Source: Dendrobates tinctorius (lineage: Eukaryota). From it: a stretch of DNA of 64,000 nt. The notes beneath the pieces are model-generated. The model saw nothing but the letters and a program-made list of their open reading frames with translations, was not told the origin of the DNA and did no database searches. Shown here piece by piece: positions 48,527-60,000 of this stretch. Position numbers and translations under genes: made by a program. The DNA lies in the NCBI RefSeq assembly GCF_039654945.1, contig NW_027361964.1, forward strand, positions 2,294,001 through 2,358,000. The letters are read 5' to 3'. The first letter of the stretch is position 1, and the number at the start of each line of letters is the position of its first letter.

Positions 48527-51500
48527 TTACATTACGTAATCTCTGCAACGGGCAGGAATCTGACCTCTAGTACTACGAGTGGATCTACGCAGTATAGGTA
48601 TTTCTGATGACCTGACCTGTTCTCTGATGTCTACTGTTGGTGCATTAGTCACTATGCTATAAGTAGACTTGTGTAAGATAGGTATTCTAGACTGCCTTCT
48701 CTCTACTCCGAGACTCACCATGAGATTCTCAGATTCGCTGTTAGCAGGGGACAGATTTCCGCATTCCTCTGCAGATGTGGTATCTGTTACTGGAGCCATT
48801 TCATTTAGAGTCTCTTCTTCATCTGATGCAGTAGGCCGATGAAAGGTTAGGACTGGTACTACTATTGCCTGATTTACTTGTGTCCACGTCCGAGGAAATT
48901 CTCCAAGTATAGTTTGAATCTTTTCTTCCACCTGTACTATGGGCCGTGGAGTGTCTTGGATTTCTTTCTTGTCCTTCAATTGATCAGGGCACATCTTTAT
49001 ATGATCTCTTGAGACTGCTTCGAAGGTTTCTCCTCCATCTTTGCTGATGATACATACTTTGGTGTTATTAAAGTCTGAAGGTATCACGGTGTATGGCTCT
49101 GCCTCCCATTGGTCATCTAGTTTGTGAGCTCTTCTTTTTCTTTTAAATACTTGTTCTCCTGGTGTCAAGGGAACTGCAGGGGCATGTTGGTTGTAATTTC
49201 TTTCCTGTCTCTGTCTTGCTTGGGACAAACTTTTCTCCACACATTCTTTTACTTTGCGGTATTGTTGTTGCCGCTCTGTATTCCAGTCTGCATCTGGTGA
49301 TGTTGTCTCAGGTGTTAAGACTCCCATGTCTAAATCAATAGGTAACTTGCCAGGTCTTGCTCTCATCAGATAGACCAGAGTGCAATTTGTAGAGTTTACC
49401 GGTATATGATTATATAGATCTACCAAATCTGGCAACTTCTCTGGCCACTGGTTTCTTTCTTCCAGAGGTAAGGTCTTCAATAAGTCAATGACCACTTGGT
49501 TCATCTTCTCACACATGCCATTTGTATGTGGATGGTATGGCGTCGTTCTGATTTTCTTGCAACCGTACATGTTACAGAACTCCTGAAACACTTCTGCCTC
49601 AAAGGCTGGACCTTGATCGGTGAGCACTTGTTCAGGGTATCCGTGCGGTCGACAAAAGTGTTGCTGAAATGCCTTGGCTGCTGTCTTCGCTGTTTGGTCT
49701 TTATCAGGTACGACTACCAAGAACCTTGAGTGATGGTCCACGATGGTCAAAGCATATGTGTAGCCATTCCTACTCGGAGTTAACTTCACGTAATCCAAGG
49801 CTACCAGTTCAAGCGGCTGTTTTGTGATGATCGGCTGTAACGGGGCTCTCTAGCTGCTTTGGTCTTTTCTGGGCAGGTTGCATGGGCCACATTCTCGGCA
49901 CCACTTCTCAGTGGAACTCCTCATGCCAACCCAGTAGAATCTTTCACAAAGTAGGATCTCCAACTTCTTCCAACCGAAGTGTCCTGCTCCATTGTGGTAC
50001 GCCTTTAAGACCATTGGCGCATCCCTCTTCAGGACTACCACCTGCCAGACCAGTTTGTGTGTCCTGTGCCTGCGAGTTGATGTTCCTCCAACACAGTTTA
50101 CCCTCGTAGATGAACAGCTTGCCTCTCTCCTTCCATAGCTGCTGTGCTTCCTGTGGGTCATCTGGACCAGGGTGTGCATCAGCTTCTGCCAGCCACTCCT
50201 TTACGAGTTGAACAGCTGGGTCACTGTCTTGTGTCTCTGCCCATTCATGATGGGTAATGGGTTCAACGTTACCTCTCGTACGACAAAGCGCTTATTCCTC
50301 ACTCCTTGAGAGCGCTGGTCTGCAATTGGAAGGTGGAAGGCTGGTAACTCGATTTCTTCGAGTTCTTTTGGATCTTCTCCCCCGTCTGGTGAATTGGGCA
50401 TCCTGGACAGCGCATCTGCATTAGCGTTCTTATGTCCTGCTCGGTACTTGATGGTGAACTCGTAGTTGGACAGCCGGGCCATCCATCGCTGCTCAAGTGC
50501 CCCAAGCTTTGCCGTTTCAAGGTAGGTTAGCGGATTATTGCCGGTGTAGATGGTGAACTTTGCGGAAGCCAAGTAGTGCTTGAAGCGCTCTGTTACTGCC
50601 CAGACTATGGCGAGGAACTCCAGCTTAAAGGAACTGTAGTTGTCGGGGTTCCTCTCAGTGGGATGTAGCTTCCTGCTGGCGTAAGCAATCACTCTCTCTC
50701 TCTCTCTGCCTTTCTGCACTTGTGAAAGCACTGCTCCCAATCCCATGTTGCTGGCATCAGTGTAAAGTGCAAATGGTTGGTCATAGTCAGGGTAGGCCAG
50801 GACCTCATCTCCTGTGAGGGCCAATTTCAACTTGGTAAAGGACTCTTCTATCCTTTTGTTCCACTCGAACGGAAGATTTTTGTTCTTGGCCTTCTTAGAT
50901 TGGCCCACTAGAAGATCTTGCAGCGGTGCTTCTATCTTGGTGAAGTCCTTGATAAATCTTCGGTAGTAGCCAACTAACCCAAGAAATTACCTCACTTCAT
51001 GGATAGTGCTGGGTCTTTTCCAGGCCTGGATAAAGGCGACTTTGTCAGGATAGGGTGCCACACCTTCCGCGCTCACCACATGGCCTAGGTACTGCACCTT
51101 GGGTTTCAAAAGGTGACATTTGAACAGTTTTATTTTCAGGCCAAAGTTTGACAGGGCTTCGAATACCTCGGCTAGGTGCTTCAGATGGTCTTCGTAGGTT
51201 TTGGAGAAGACGATGATGTCATCCAGGTACAGCAGAACGGTTTCAAAGTTTTTATGTCCAAGGCAGCATTCCATTAACCGCTGAAATGTTCCTGGTGCAT
51301 TGCTGAGCCCGAACGGCATGTAGTTAAACTCGCAGAGGCCCATTGGTGTTGTAAACGCTGTCTTCTCTTTGTCTGCGTCTGCCACAGGAACCTGCCAATA
51401 CCCACTGTTGAGATCTAAGGTAGAGAAATAGCAGTTCTCAGTGCAGATAGTGATTCCTCAATTCTAGGTTATGGGTAAGCGTCTTTATGTGTAATGCTGT

Positions 51501-52316
51501 TAATCCGCCTGTAGTCTACACATTCTCATAGTACCATCTTTCTTTTTAACGAGGACTAATGGAGCTGCCCAGGGGCTACAACTATCTCTGATTACCCCAG
51601 CCTCCTTCATCTCCCGTAACATACTCTTGGCACATTGATAGTGTGCTGGGGGTACAGGCCGGTGTCTCTCTTTAATGGGTGGATGATCACCGGTGGGGAT
51701 ATGATGTTGAACCCCTTTTGCCTGCCCAAAATCTAGAGGATGCTTGCTGAAGACCCGTTCAAATTCTCGAGCCACCCGGTAAGCCCCATGCTTTTGGTGC
51801 AAAGGGGTGGAGTCAGTGCCTACGTGTAGCTGCTGACACCAATCCTCCTGTTGCCCTTCAGAGCCATTCTCTTCCACCTTATCAGATGGAAGCAAGGGTT
51901 CTAGTGTCTCGATTGCATTGTTACTGACGGTGAACAATTTAGCAAGGGTGGCATACCGGGGTAACTGGACCTCTCTCTCCCCACAATTTACGATGCGTAT
52001 TGGTACTCTCCCCTTGCGGACATCAACTACCCCTCTGGCTGTCAGGATAGTGGGCCTGCTATCAGAATACATGGGTTCTACCAGGGCTTGGTAATCTTGA
52101 CCCCTTAAGCCTATAGCTGCCCGACACCAAATTAACATTTCACTTCTGGGAGGTACTGCAATGGGGAAAGGATCACTTACTCTGACTCTGCCGACTTCTC
52201 CACCAGACAGCTCTACCTGTTGTCTCTGCATCAGGGCTCTGATCTCCTTTTGCAGGACTCGCTGCTGACTGGAGCTGGCGGTCTCGGCTACCTGTTGTAA
52301 TAAAGCAATAATTTCG
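48527..52316 (-). pseudogene. Gypsy pol pseudogene (RT, RNase H, integrase; several frameshifts and stops)
   Basis: SPWAAPLVLVKKKDG; KTAFTTP.GLCEF..MPFGLSNAPGTFQRLM; YLDDIIVFS; YTDAS..GLGAVLSQ; LTDQGPAFE; TTPYHP.TNG.CE. Confidence 0.92.
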
Positions 52317-52319
52317 AAT

Positions 52320-54066
52320 TCCATAAAGAAGAAAAGGGTCGCACTCATCGGAATAAGTTTTTGCTGCTTTATTGACACATGAAATACATGTCAAGTTGGG
52401 ACCGTGACAAAAAAGAGTGCGGATAGGTTGACAACGGTCGTTTCGTGCTGTTAGAGCGCTTCTACGGGTCGACTAGTAGGAGGAAATGACGGATACATAT
52501 ACTAATCACATCTTGCCGTCTCTCCTCCTACCCCAGCTGTTGTCTAAGTGACAAGTGAAATTAAAACCATGTGAAGATGCATAAAACAAATTACAAATAC
52601 AAGAACTATATAAGTTCCACTTCATCTGGAGAGATTGATAACCGTGTGCTACTCCCTGTATGTCTGTTTTTATATATATATGCTTTTTTTTGACACAAGA
52701 CAAATTTTGTTATGTGAAAAAAGGAAATATTATTCCAACTTCGATATTTTTTCAGAAAATATTTTCATCGAAAATTATTGTATGTATGATTGTTTCTGCT
52801 GGAATATTTGTCTATCCATACTACCACTTCATTAATATTGCACGCATGAGATCTAAACTAATAAATGCGAGGAAGCATAATCTTAGACTCTCATTAAAGC
52901 TTGTTCAGTAACAAATTTGCTATTCTAATTCTGGACTAAAAGTTGTTTATTCAGCATCTATCAGACTATTATTCAGGAACGCTGCCAAAACGTGTTGATT
53001 TTGTGTGTGAAGCCATGAGGTTCATGTTAACCGTCAAAATGTGGGTACAGCGATGGGTACTCCAGTATCAGGTACATTTGCGAATCTGTTTTTGGGAGCC
53101 TTGGAAGAAAAATATGTTTACAAAGCAAATGATTATTTTAAACATATCAGATTATATCTCGGATATGTGGACGATGTGTTCAGAATTTGGGATGGTACAA
53201 AAGAAACTTTTGAGGAGTTTGTCACCTATCTTAATGAAGTGAACCCAATGAATAAGGCTTTTACATACAAGTATGAAGGTATAAGTTTAGAATTTCTGGA
53301 TGTACTATTGGAAATTAAAGATGACAGCATTTGTACATCAGTCTACAGGAAACCGTTAGCAACTAATTCCATATTACGATATGATAGCCTTCACCCTCCA
53401 CACACAGTTAATTCATTACCATATAGTCAATTTTTGAGAGTACGATGTTTGAATAATACCAAAGAGGGTTTCGAAAAACAATCTAGTGAATTATATGATT
53501 AAAACAACGGGGATACCCAAAAAGGTTGTTGGATACTACGCTCAAAAAAGTTGAATCTCAAATTGAGGAGAAAAGCGTTAGTATAATGTCACAACAACAT
53601 AGACAGAATAAGAAAGAAAAAAGATTAACTTTCTGTTTGCGTTATGGATCGGCAAATAAAATCAGCAATTAGAAAAAACTGGCGTGTTTTAGAACAGGAT
53701 AGGGACCTGGGTGACATAGTATCGAGAGGACCACTAGGCTAAGGGATATCTTGGTCCAGAACAGACTCATGACGAGACACGGGGCTTAGTAGAGGAACCC
53801 GGAAGGGAAATTATAGGTGTGGACGTTGTCAATACTGTCAATACCATTGTACTGACCGGACACTACAAATAGGGGCGGTTACACACACAGTGATGGAATT
53901 GATCACATGTAAAACGGATAATGTCGTCTATGTGATCTTTTGTACATGCCGTTTTTTCTATATAGGTAAAACAATACGCCCTCTATGTGTTAGATTTCGG
54001 GAACATTTGAAATCAATACAAACAGGAAAAGGAGTTCCACGTCTGATTAGCCACGTTAGGAATGTT
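52320..54066 (+). mobile_element. Penelope-like retroelement fragment (inverted terminal-repeat piece, RT, GIY-YIG endonuclease), defective
   Basis: 53041-53502: GTAMGTPV..TFANLFLG, YVDDVFRIW, LEFLDV, VYRKP..TNSIL.Y.S.HP...SLPYSQFLR. 53890-54060: ITC.T.NVVY.I.C.C..FYIGKT.R.L..RF.EH. Confidence 0.9.
52427..52473 (-). ncRNA. Degenerate minimal type-I hammerhead-like motif in the Penelope terminal repeat
   Basis: GTCGAC-CCGTAGA-A-GCGCT..AGCAC-GAAA-CGACCGT-T-GTCAAC: hammerhead topology with a variant core. Confidence 0.45.
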
Positions 54067-55739
54067 CAGGGCCTGGGGGTACTCGGTACCGGGCCCGTCG
54101 ACTTCCATGGGGGACGGTGTCACGGCGGCGACCCGGTCCGTGGCCCAGAGGCATCCAGTAATAAAGTAGGGGAAAGTTGTGTGGCATTTATGTGGTAAAA
54201 ATGAAAATAAAGTTATTAGATGGTGAAATACGTGACGCCACCTGTGGTTTCTGGTCAGAGGTGACCAGCGCTGCGGTGTTGCTTCTCTGGGATGGATGTT
54301 GGGCGCAGCTATGATGTTGTAGCCCTCCACAGGTAGGGCTGTAGTCCCAGGGCAAAGATGTTAAGTAAATAGTAAAAATGGCTGTAAATGTTGGGGTGCA
54401 GAGAAATGCGAGGAGGACACAGAGAGGTGCAGTTTCTTCACCTTTTACTGGTAATAGGTTGCAGTCCGGAGTACCACATACAGGTGATGGGATGAGTCCG
54501 GCTCGCCTGGAGGCATTCAGGGGATCCACCTCGCCAGGTGGGGATTTAGGACCTTCCTTTCTGCGCTTTGTGTGTGGGTCTCCGCTGTATATAACTATGC
54601 TGCGACCCTCTATTCGTGATGGTTTCACTAATCTGTACGGCTGTCAGCGTGAGCCTATTCCACAGGTACCGTTCTCTTCACCGTCGGCCCCGGGCTCCTT
54701 ATCCGCTGCCGTGCCCTCGGGTGTTCAATGTGCACAGGAATTTACAATCCCCTGTACTTTCAGATTCGGCTATCAGGGCATACAGCTCCTGTCAGCCTAG
54801 GACTCCGATGTCCCTTTTCTCTTTATTAGTGCTTCACTCAGGGGTCTGCTATATGCAATATTTCAGCTTCCCTAGAGTCTCTTAGTCTCTGCTCTTGTCC
54901 TTTCCCTCTTCACAGATCAGCTCCCTGTCTTCATCTGACAAGATCTTCCAGAAAGATCCTTTTACCTCACGTCCTCACGTTTAACTGTCATTTTTCCTCA
55001 CAGCTCACAGCTGCTTCGTTTCCATGACAACTCCCTCAGCTGATTTCCAGCTGACTTACCAACCCCCTCTGCTGGCCAGAATTTATAAGGCATCTCCCTT
55101 TTCTGACCTGCAGAAGGGAAATTGTGATTAAATATATGCTGCCTGGCACAGGGGTCCCTTTCTGCCTCCAAGCATGACTTTACCCATTAGAGGGAGGTAA
55201 TGTTACTGTGACAACTGGACTCTGGGGTGTCACATAATCACTGTTTGGAGGTAACTATTTGGACACTGTATACATATATACATTATTTGGGGAGGGAGGC
55301 GTGCAGACATTTGCTTTGAGGCTTCTTCCCCTGATCCTTGCAGTCTGTAGATTGCTCCTGGAAGCAGCAGATACCTTCTTGAGGCTTCTATGTATTCTGC
55401 TCCACCTTCTGAATTGTGTGGATGTGATATAATATTTCAGTATTTGCCCCAGCTCCTGTGTTGGGTGAAGCTGCCCGGAATGTCTTGATATTCTGTGAAG
55501 AATCTGTGCCTCTTCTGTGTGACATGTGAGAGTGAGGGGTCGGTGCACTCGTCTTACAGCACTGATATTAGACACGTCTCACATTTGCATCGCTTACCTG
55601 ATCCATCCTATTTCCTATACACCGTTGATCGTTATGACTTGTTCTGTCACTGCTCAGGTGAAGTGGGTCAGAATATATCCATAGATCTTCTTATCTCAAG
55701 CCGGGGAAGACTGCGTCCATAGATCAGCTAATGTCTGGC

Positions 55740-57060
55740 CAGTGAAGACTGTTTCCACAGCTTATCTCACCTTTGGCCAGGGCACACCATCTCCACAGCT
55801 CCTCTCGACTCTGGAAGGTGAAGACAGTATCCAAAGCTCCTCTCACATCAGATTGGGGCATATTGTGTCTACAGCTCCTCTCACCTCTGGTTGGGGAAGA
55901 CCATATCCACAGCTCCTCTCACCTCCGTTTGGGGAAGACTATTTTCACAGCTCCTCTCACCTCTGGTTGGGGCAGACCATATCCACAGCTCCTCTCACCT
56001 CTGGTTGGGGAAGACTGTATCCACAGCTCCTCTCACCTTTGGTTGGGGAAGACGTATCCACAGCTCCTCTCACCTCTGGTTGGGGAAGACCATATTCACA
56101 GCTTCTCTCACCTCTGATTGGGTAAGACTGTATCCAAAGCTACTCTCACCTCTGGCCAAGGAAGACATGTCCACAGCTCCTCTCACCTCTGGCTGGGGCA
56201 GAGTGTGTCTACAGCTCCTCTCACTCTGGTTGGGGAAGACCATATTCACAGCTCCTCTCACCTCTGGCTGGGGCAGAGCGTGTCTACAGCTCCTCTCACC
56301 TCTGGTTGGGGAAGACCATAATCACAGCTCCTCTCACCTCTGGCTGGGGCAGACCGTGTCCACAGCTTCTCTCACCTCTGGTTAGGGAAGACCATATCCA
56401 CAGCTCCTCTCACCTCTGGGGCAGACCTTGTCCACAGCAAATCTCACCTCTTGTTGGGAAAGACCATATCCACAGCTCCTCTCACCTCTGACTGGGACGG
56501 AGCGTGTCCACAGTTCCTCTCACCTCTGGCTGGGGCAGACAGTGTTTACAGCTCCTCTCACATCTGGTTGGAGAAAACCGTATCAACAGCTCCTCTCACT
56601 TCTGGCTGGGGCAGACCATATCCACAGTTCCTCTCACCTTTGGCTGGAGAAGACCGTGTCCACAGCTCCTTTCTCCTCTGGCTGGGGCAGTCCATATCCA
56701 CAGATCCTCTCACCTCTGACTAAGGCAGACTGTATCAACAGTTTCTCTCACCTCTATCTGGGTCAGACCGTGTCCACAGCGCCTCTCATCTCTGGTTAGA
56801 TAAGACCATATCCACAGCTCCTTTCACCTCTGTCTGGGGCAGACCTTGCCCACAGCTCTTCTCACCTCTGGCTGGGGCAGTCCATATCCACAGATCCTCT
56901 CACCTCTGACTAAGGCAGACTGTATCAACAGTTTCACCTCTATCTGGGGCAGACCGTGTCCACAGCCCCTCTATCTGGGGCAGACCATATCCACAGCTCC
57001 TCTCATCTCTGGTTAGAGAAGACCATATCCACAGCCCCTCTCACCTCTGGACAGGGCAGA
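55740..57060. repeat. 38-bp minisatellite (CACAGCTCCTCTCACCTCTGGTTGGGGAAGACCATATC)n, ending ~20 bp before a TAS2R ATG
   Basis: Direct 38-bp periodicity, ~35 units. Confidence 0.95.
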
Positions 57061-57081
57061 TAGTGCAAGGACAGAATCCTG

Positions 57082-57969
57082 ATGGGTCTGGAGATATTTC
57101 ACATGCTTGTTACCATCATTATGTTTGTTCCAGGAACTGCTCTGAATTCCTTCATTGTCTCCATCTACATCACCCACTCAAAAAAGAAACAACGCCTGAC
57201 TACCTGGGAGCAGATCGTCCTGTCTACAGCTGTCACTGACCTGCTTCTCCAGTGGTTCTCTGCTTTCATTGATCTAACGTACTATGTTTTTTCTAGACTT
57301 TCTCACATCGGGATGATCTACTTGTACTTATCTGTCTTCTACTTCTGTACCAGCTACTTCTTCTTCTGGAACACAGCTTGGCTCTCCATCCAATACTGCC
57401 TGAAACTCTTCAACTTCTCCAATCATTGGTTGACTTGGGTGAAGGTCCAGCTTGACACTTCCTTGAAGGTAATCCTCACCGGCTCATTAATTTGGGTATT
57501 TATTGTCAGTATTCCAGTTTATGGTACGGTCACCTTGGTTATTGACAGCGCGACTAATTACTCAATTCCAGTGGTAAACTACCATTGTCTGATAGTGAAC
57601 ATCCTTCTCGGTTGTGTTCTCCCCTTCATTAGTACCCTTGTCTGTATCAGCCTCAGTGTGATGTATCTCATAAGACACATGTGGAGGATCAAAGAGTCCA
57701 ACTTTAGTTCTTCTCCACGCGTCAGTGGCCATGTCCGAGCGATCAGGTCCATGGTCCTACAAGTCGTCCTGAACACAATTCTGCAGATGGCCATTACTGG
57801 TAACATTGCATCCGCCTTCAACCTGACCTCATTCAGTCATAAGGAAGCGTTTGTAGTGTTCTACACACTGACCATTGGAACATATCCGTCTGTGGAAGCG
57901 CTAACCTTAATCATAGGGAATCCCACATTAAAGAAGAGGTTACTGAGAAAGCTACAGGTCCTCTGCTAA
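57082..57969 (+). CDS. TAS2R: Taste receptor type 2 (bitter receptor), intronless, 295 aa
   Basis: Seven TM segments; FWNTAWLSIQYCLKLFNFSNH, YLIRHMWRIK, GHVRAIRSMVL, LIIGNPTLKK; ECL2 sequon NYS. Confidence 0.92.
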   Translation: MGLEIFHMLVTIIMFVPGTALNSFIVSIYITHSKKKQRLTTWEQIVLSTAVTDLLLQWFSAFIDLTYYVFSRLSHIGMIYLYLSVFYFCTSYFFFWNTAWLSIQYCLKLFNFSNHWLTWVKVQLDTSLKVILTGSLIWVFIVSIPVYGTVTLVIDSATNYSIPVVNYHCLIVNILLGCVLPFISTLVCISLSVMYLIRHMWRIKESNFSSSPRVSGHVRAIRSMVLQVVLNTILQMAITGNIASAFNLTSFSHKEAFVVFYTLTIGTYPSVEALTLIIGNPTLKKRLLRKLQVLC

Positions 57970-58125
57970 CAGAAGAACAATGTACAGCAATTCTAGATGT
58001 GAGTGAGGCCAGAATTCCCTCTCGTGTCGCTCAGTAGTGTTATGCTTTACAGCTTAGATTGTCTTGTGCTCAGGAGCTTAGACTCAGAGTCTGGTGTGAA
58101 GCCGCTGAGACCAGGAGCAGCATAC

Positions 58126-58321
58126 TGGTATGTGCACACGTTGAGGATTCTGCTGCGGATCCACTGCAGATGCTCCTGCGTTGTACAGTGCCATTATATT
58201 CAATGTAAAATGAAAAATCCGCAGCATAAACGCATCAAAAACGCACCTGCGTTTTCTGCAAAGAGCTGCGGATTTTGTGCGGAAAAATCCACGGCAGAAT
58301 CCGCAACGTGCGCACATACCC
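58126..58321. mobile_element. PIF/Harbinger-type MITE (196 bp)
   Basis: ~35-bp TIRs GGTATGTGCACACGTTG / CAACGTGCGCACATACC; 3-bp TSD TAC. Confidence 0.85.
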
Positions 58322-59004
58322 TACTCTGCACTCTGGCTGGATTCGGAGGATTCCTTTATACAGTAATTCTGTGCTTCCCCTGCTTTATCTTCAGACAACA
58401 TTTCATGGTATGAGCCATCTCACCTCTATACTGTCACTAAGAGATGTCCTCACTCTATGGTAATGAAAAATCACCTGGCGAATACTGTACCGAGCAGGCG
58501 GAAGCTGCAGGTTGTGAGGCACGAGGTCTGCAGGAGCACGAGGTCTGCAGGAGCCTCCTTTCGTATGTGCAGCTGCTCCACACTGCCATCCAGCAGGTCA
58601 TTACTGAGGACACACCAGGAACATGGTGCGCAAGTTAACAAAGACTTGGCTGTAGTGGACAAACACTCAGCGTCTATGTGAGGGGAGGAAGCGACAAAAG
58701 CGAAAACAAAATCAACATTTTCACAACGTATCTGAAAAGCAGAAGAAAGAAAATGTGAAATATCCTGACCGATCTTAGTGTGGAAAGTGTCGTCACTGAG
58801 CGAACCCTGGGCCACTAAAACGGAGAAAGCCCACGTAGTATTTAACCATATTCTCTAATGTCCAATATGGGCCTCTCCGTCGGTAATCTTGTAGCTCTCC
58901 TGTATTCCATGACAAGATCATAAATGTAGGCAGATCTTTTGCATGAAGATCTAAAAAAAAACCTGAAATATTTGCATGAGAAGAAGGGCAATTAATCTTC
59001 GACA

Positions 59005-60000
59005 ATGAGAACGCCCCAGCTTGACTCCTCTCAATGTCAATTCCATCAGGAGCTTGAGGAGAGCAGAGAAAAGTTCAGCGACAAGATGATGACCTTCTCT
59101 TGGAAATTCGGATTCATCTTTGCGGTGATTGAATGCATCATTGGAGTTCTCTTCAGCATCTTCATCATCATACAGAACATCCTGGACTGGAAACGAGGAA
59201 GGGGACTGAGTCTGTGTGATAAGATCCTGGTCCTCATGGCGGTGAACAATATCTGCCTCCAGTGTGATATGAATGTGGCAACCTTCCTCTACATCGTCTT
59301 CCCTTCAATGGTTCAGTATAAGAATGCCTATTCCACCTTGTCGGTTTTCCAGATATTTCAGTTTTACTTCAGTTTCTGGATCACCGCCGGACTCTGCATC
59401 TTCTATTGCCTGAGGATTGCCAGCTTCAAACATCGCCTCTTCATCCAGTTGAAGTTGAACATCTCGGATGTGGTTTCCAGGTTTCTTATGTTGGCAGCTG
59501 TGGGATCATTTGGCATTAGTGTTCTCTCCATTTGGCACATAGAAGTGGCCCCTTCCAATGAGGTTATGAATGTCTCAGGTGTCATCTCCCTGAACGATGT
59601 CTCCATCCTCCTAAGTCCATCCTATAAAGTTCTGACCATTGTGGTGGGCTGCTGCGTGCCCTTTCTACTCACCATCCTGTCCATTATTCTCACATTATTC
59701 TCCCTGTTGAGACACATTCGGACTATGAAGTACAGCCAGGCTGGATTCAGTATTCCCGGAATGGCTGCTCACATCCAAGCTGCTCGGATTATGGTTCACC
59801 CCACTGTCCTATATGCAGCATTTTACATCTCAGAGGTTTGCCTTCTGGTATCTTCACTCAATATTGACAACTTTGGGGAATTGTTGTCTTTGATTTTTGT
59901 GTTAATCTATCCTACAGCCCAATCATTAATCATCATCTTAGGGAACTCTAAGCTTCGATCTTCATGTCTACGGATGAGCCAATGTAGAAGGCATCTATAA
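59005..60000 (+). CDS. TAS2R: Taste receptor type 2 (bitter receptor), intronless; 331 aa from the first ATG, with the true start possibly the MM at 59086/59089
   Basis: Seven TM segments; LSLCDKIL, FWITAGLCIFYCLRIASFKH.LFI.LK, FSLLRHI..M, AHIQAARIMV, IIILGNSKLR; ECL2 sequon NVS. Confidence 0.92.
   Translation: MRTPQLDSSQCQFHQELEESREKFSDKMMTFSWKFGFIFAVIECIIGVLFSIFIIIQNILDWKRGRGLSLCDKILVLMAVNNICLQCDMNVATFLYIVFPSMVQYKNAYSTLSVFQIFQFYFSFWITAGLCIFYCLRIASFKHRLFIQLKLNISDVVSRFLMLAAVGSFGISVLSIWHIEVAPSNEVMNVSGVISLNDVSILLSPSYKVLTIVVGCCVPFLLTILSIILTLFSLLRHIRTMKYSQAGFSIPGMAAHIQAARIMVHPTVLYAAFYISEVCLLVSSLNIDNFGELLSLIFVLIYPTAQSLIIILGNSKLRSSCLRMSQCRRHL

Larger units (their letters stand above)
45547..55234 (-). 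mobile_element. Gypsy provirus with both LTRs, gag region missing, carrying three nested insertions
   Basis: 4-bp TSD TAAT (45543-45546 / 55235-55238); 3' LTR 45547-48043 preceded by a polypurine tract (minus strand GGGGGGGAA at 48044-48052); 5' LTR ~54067-55234; pol fragments between them. Confidence 0.92.
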
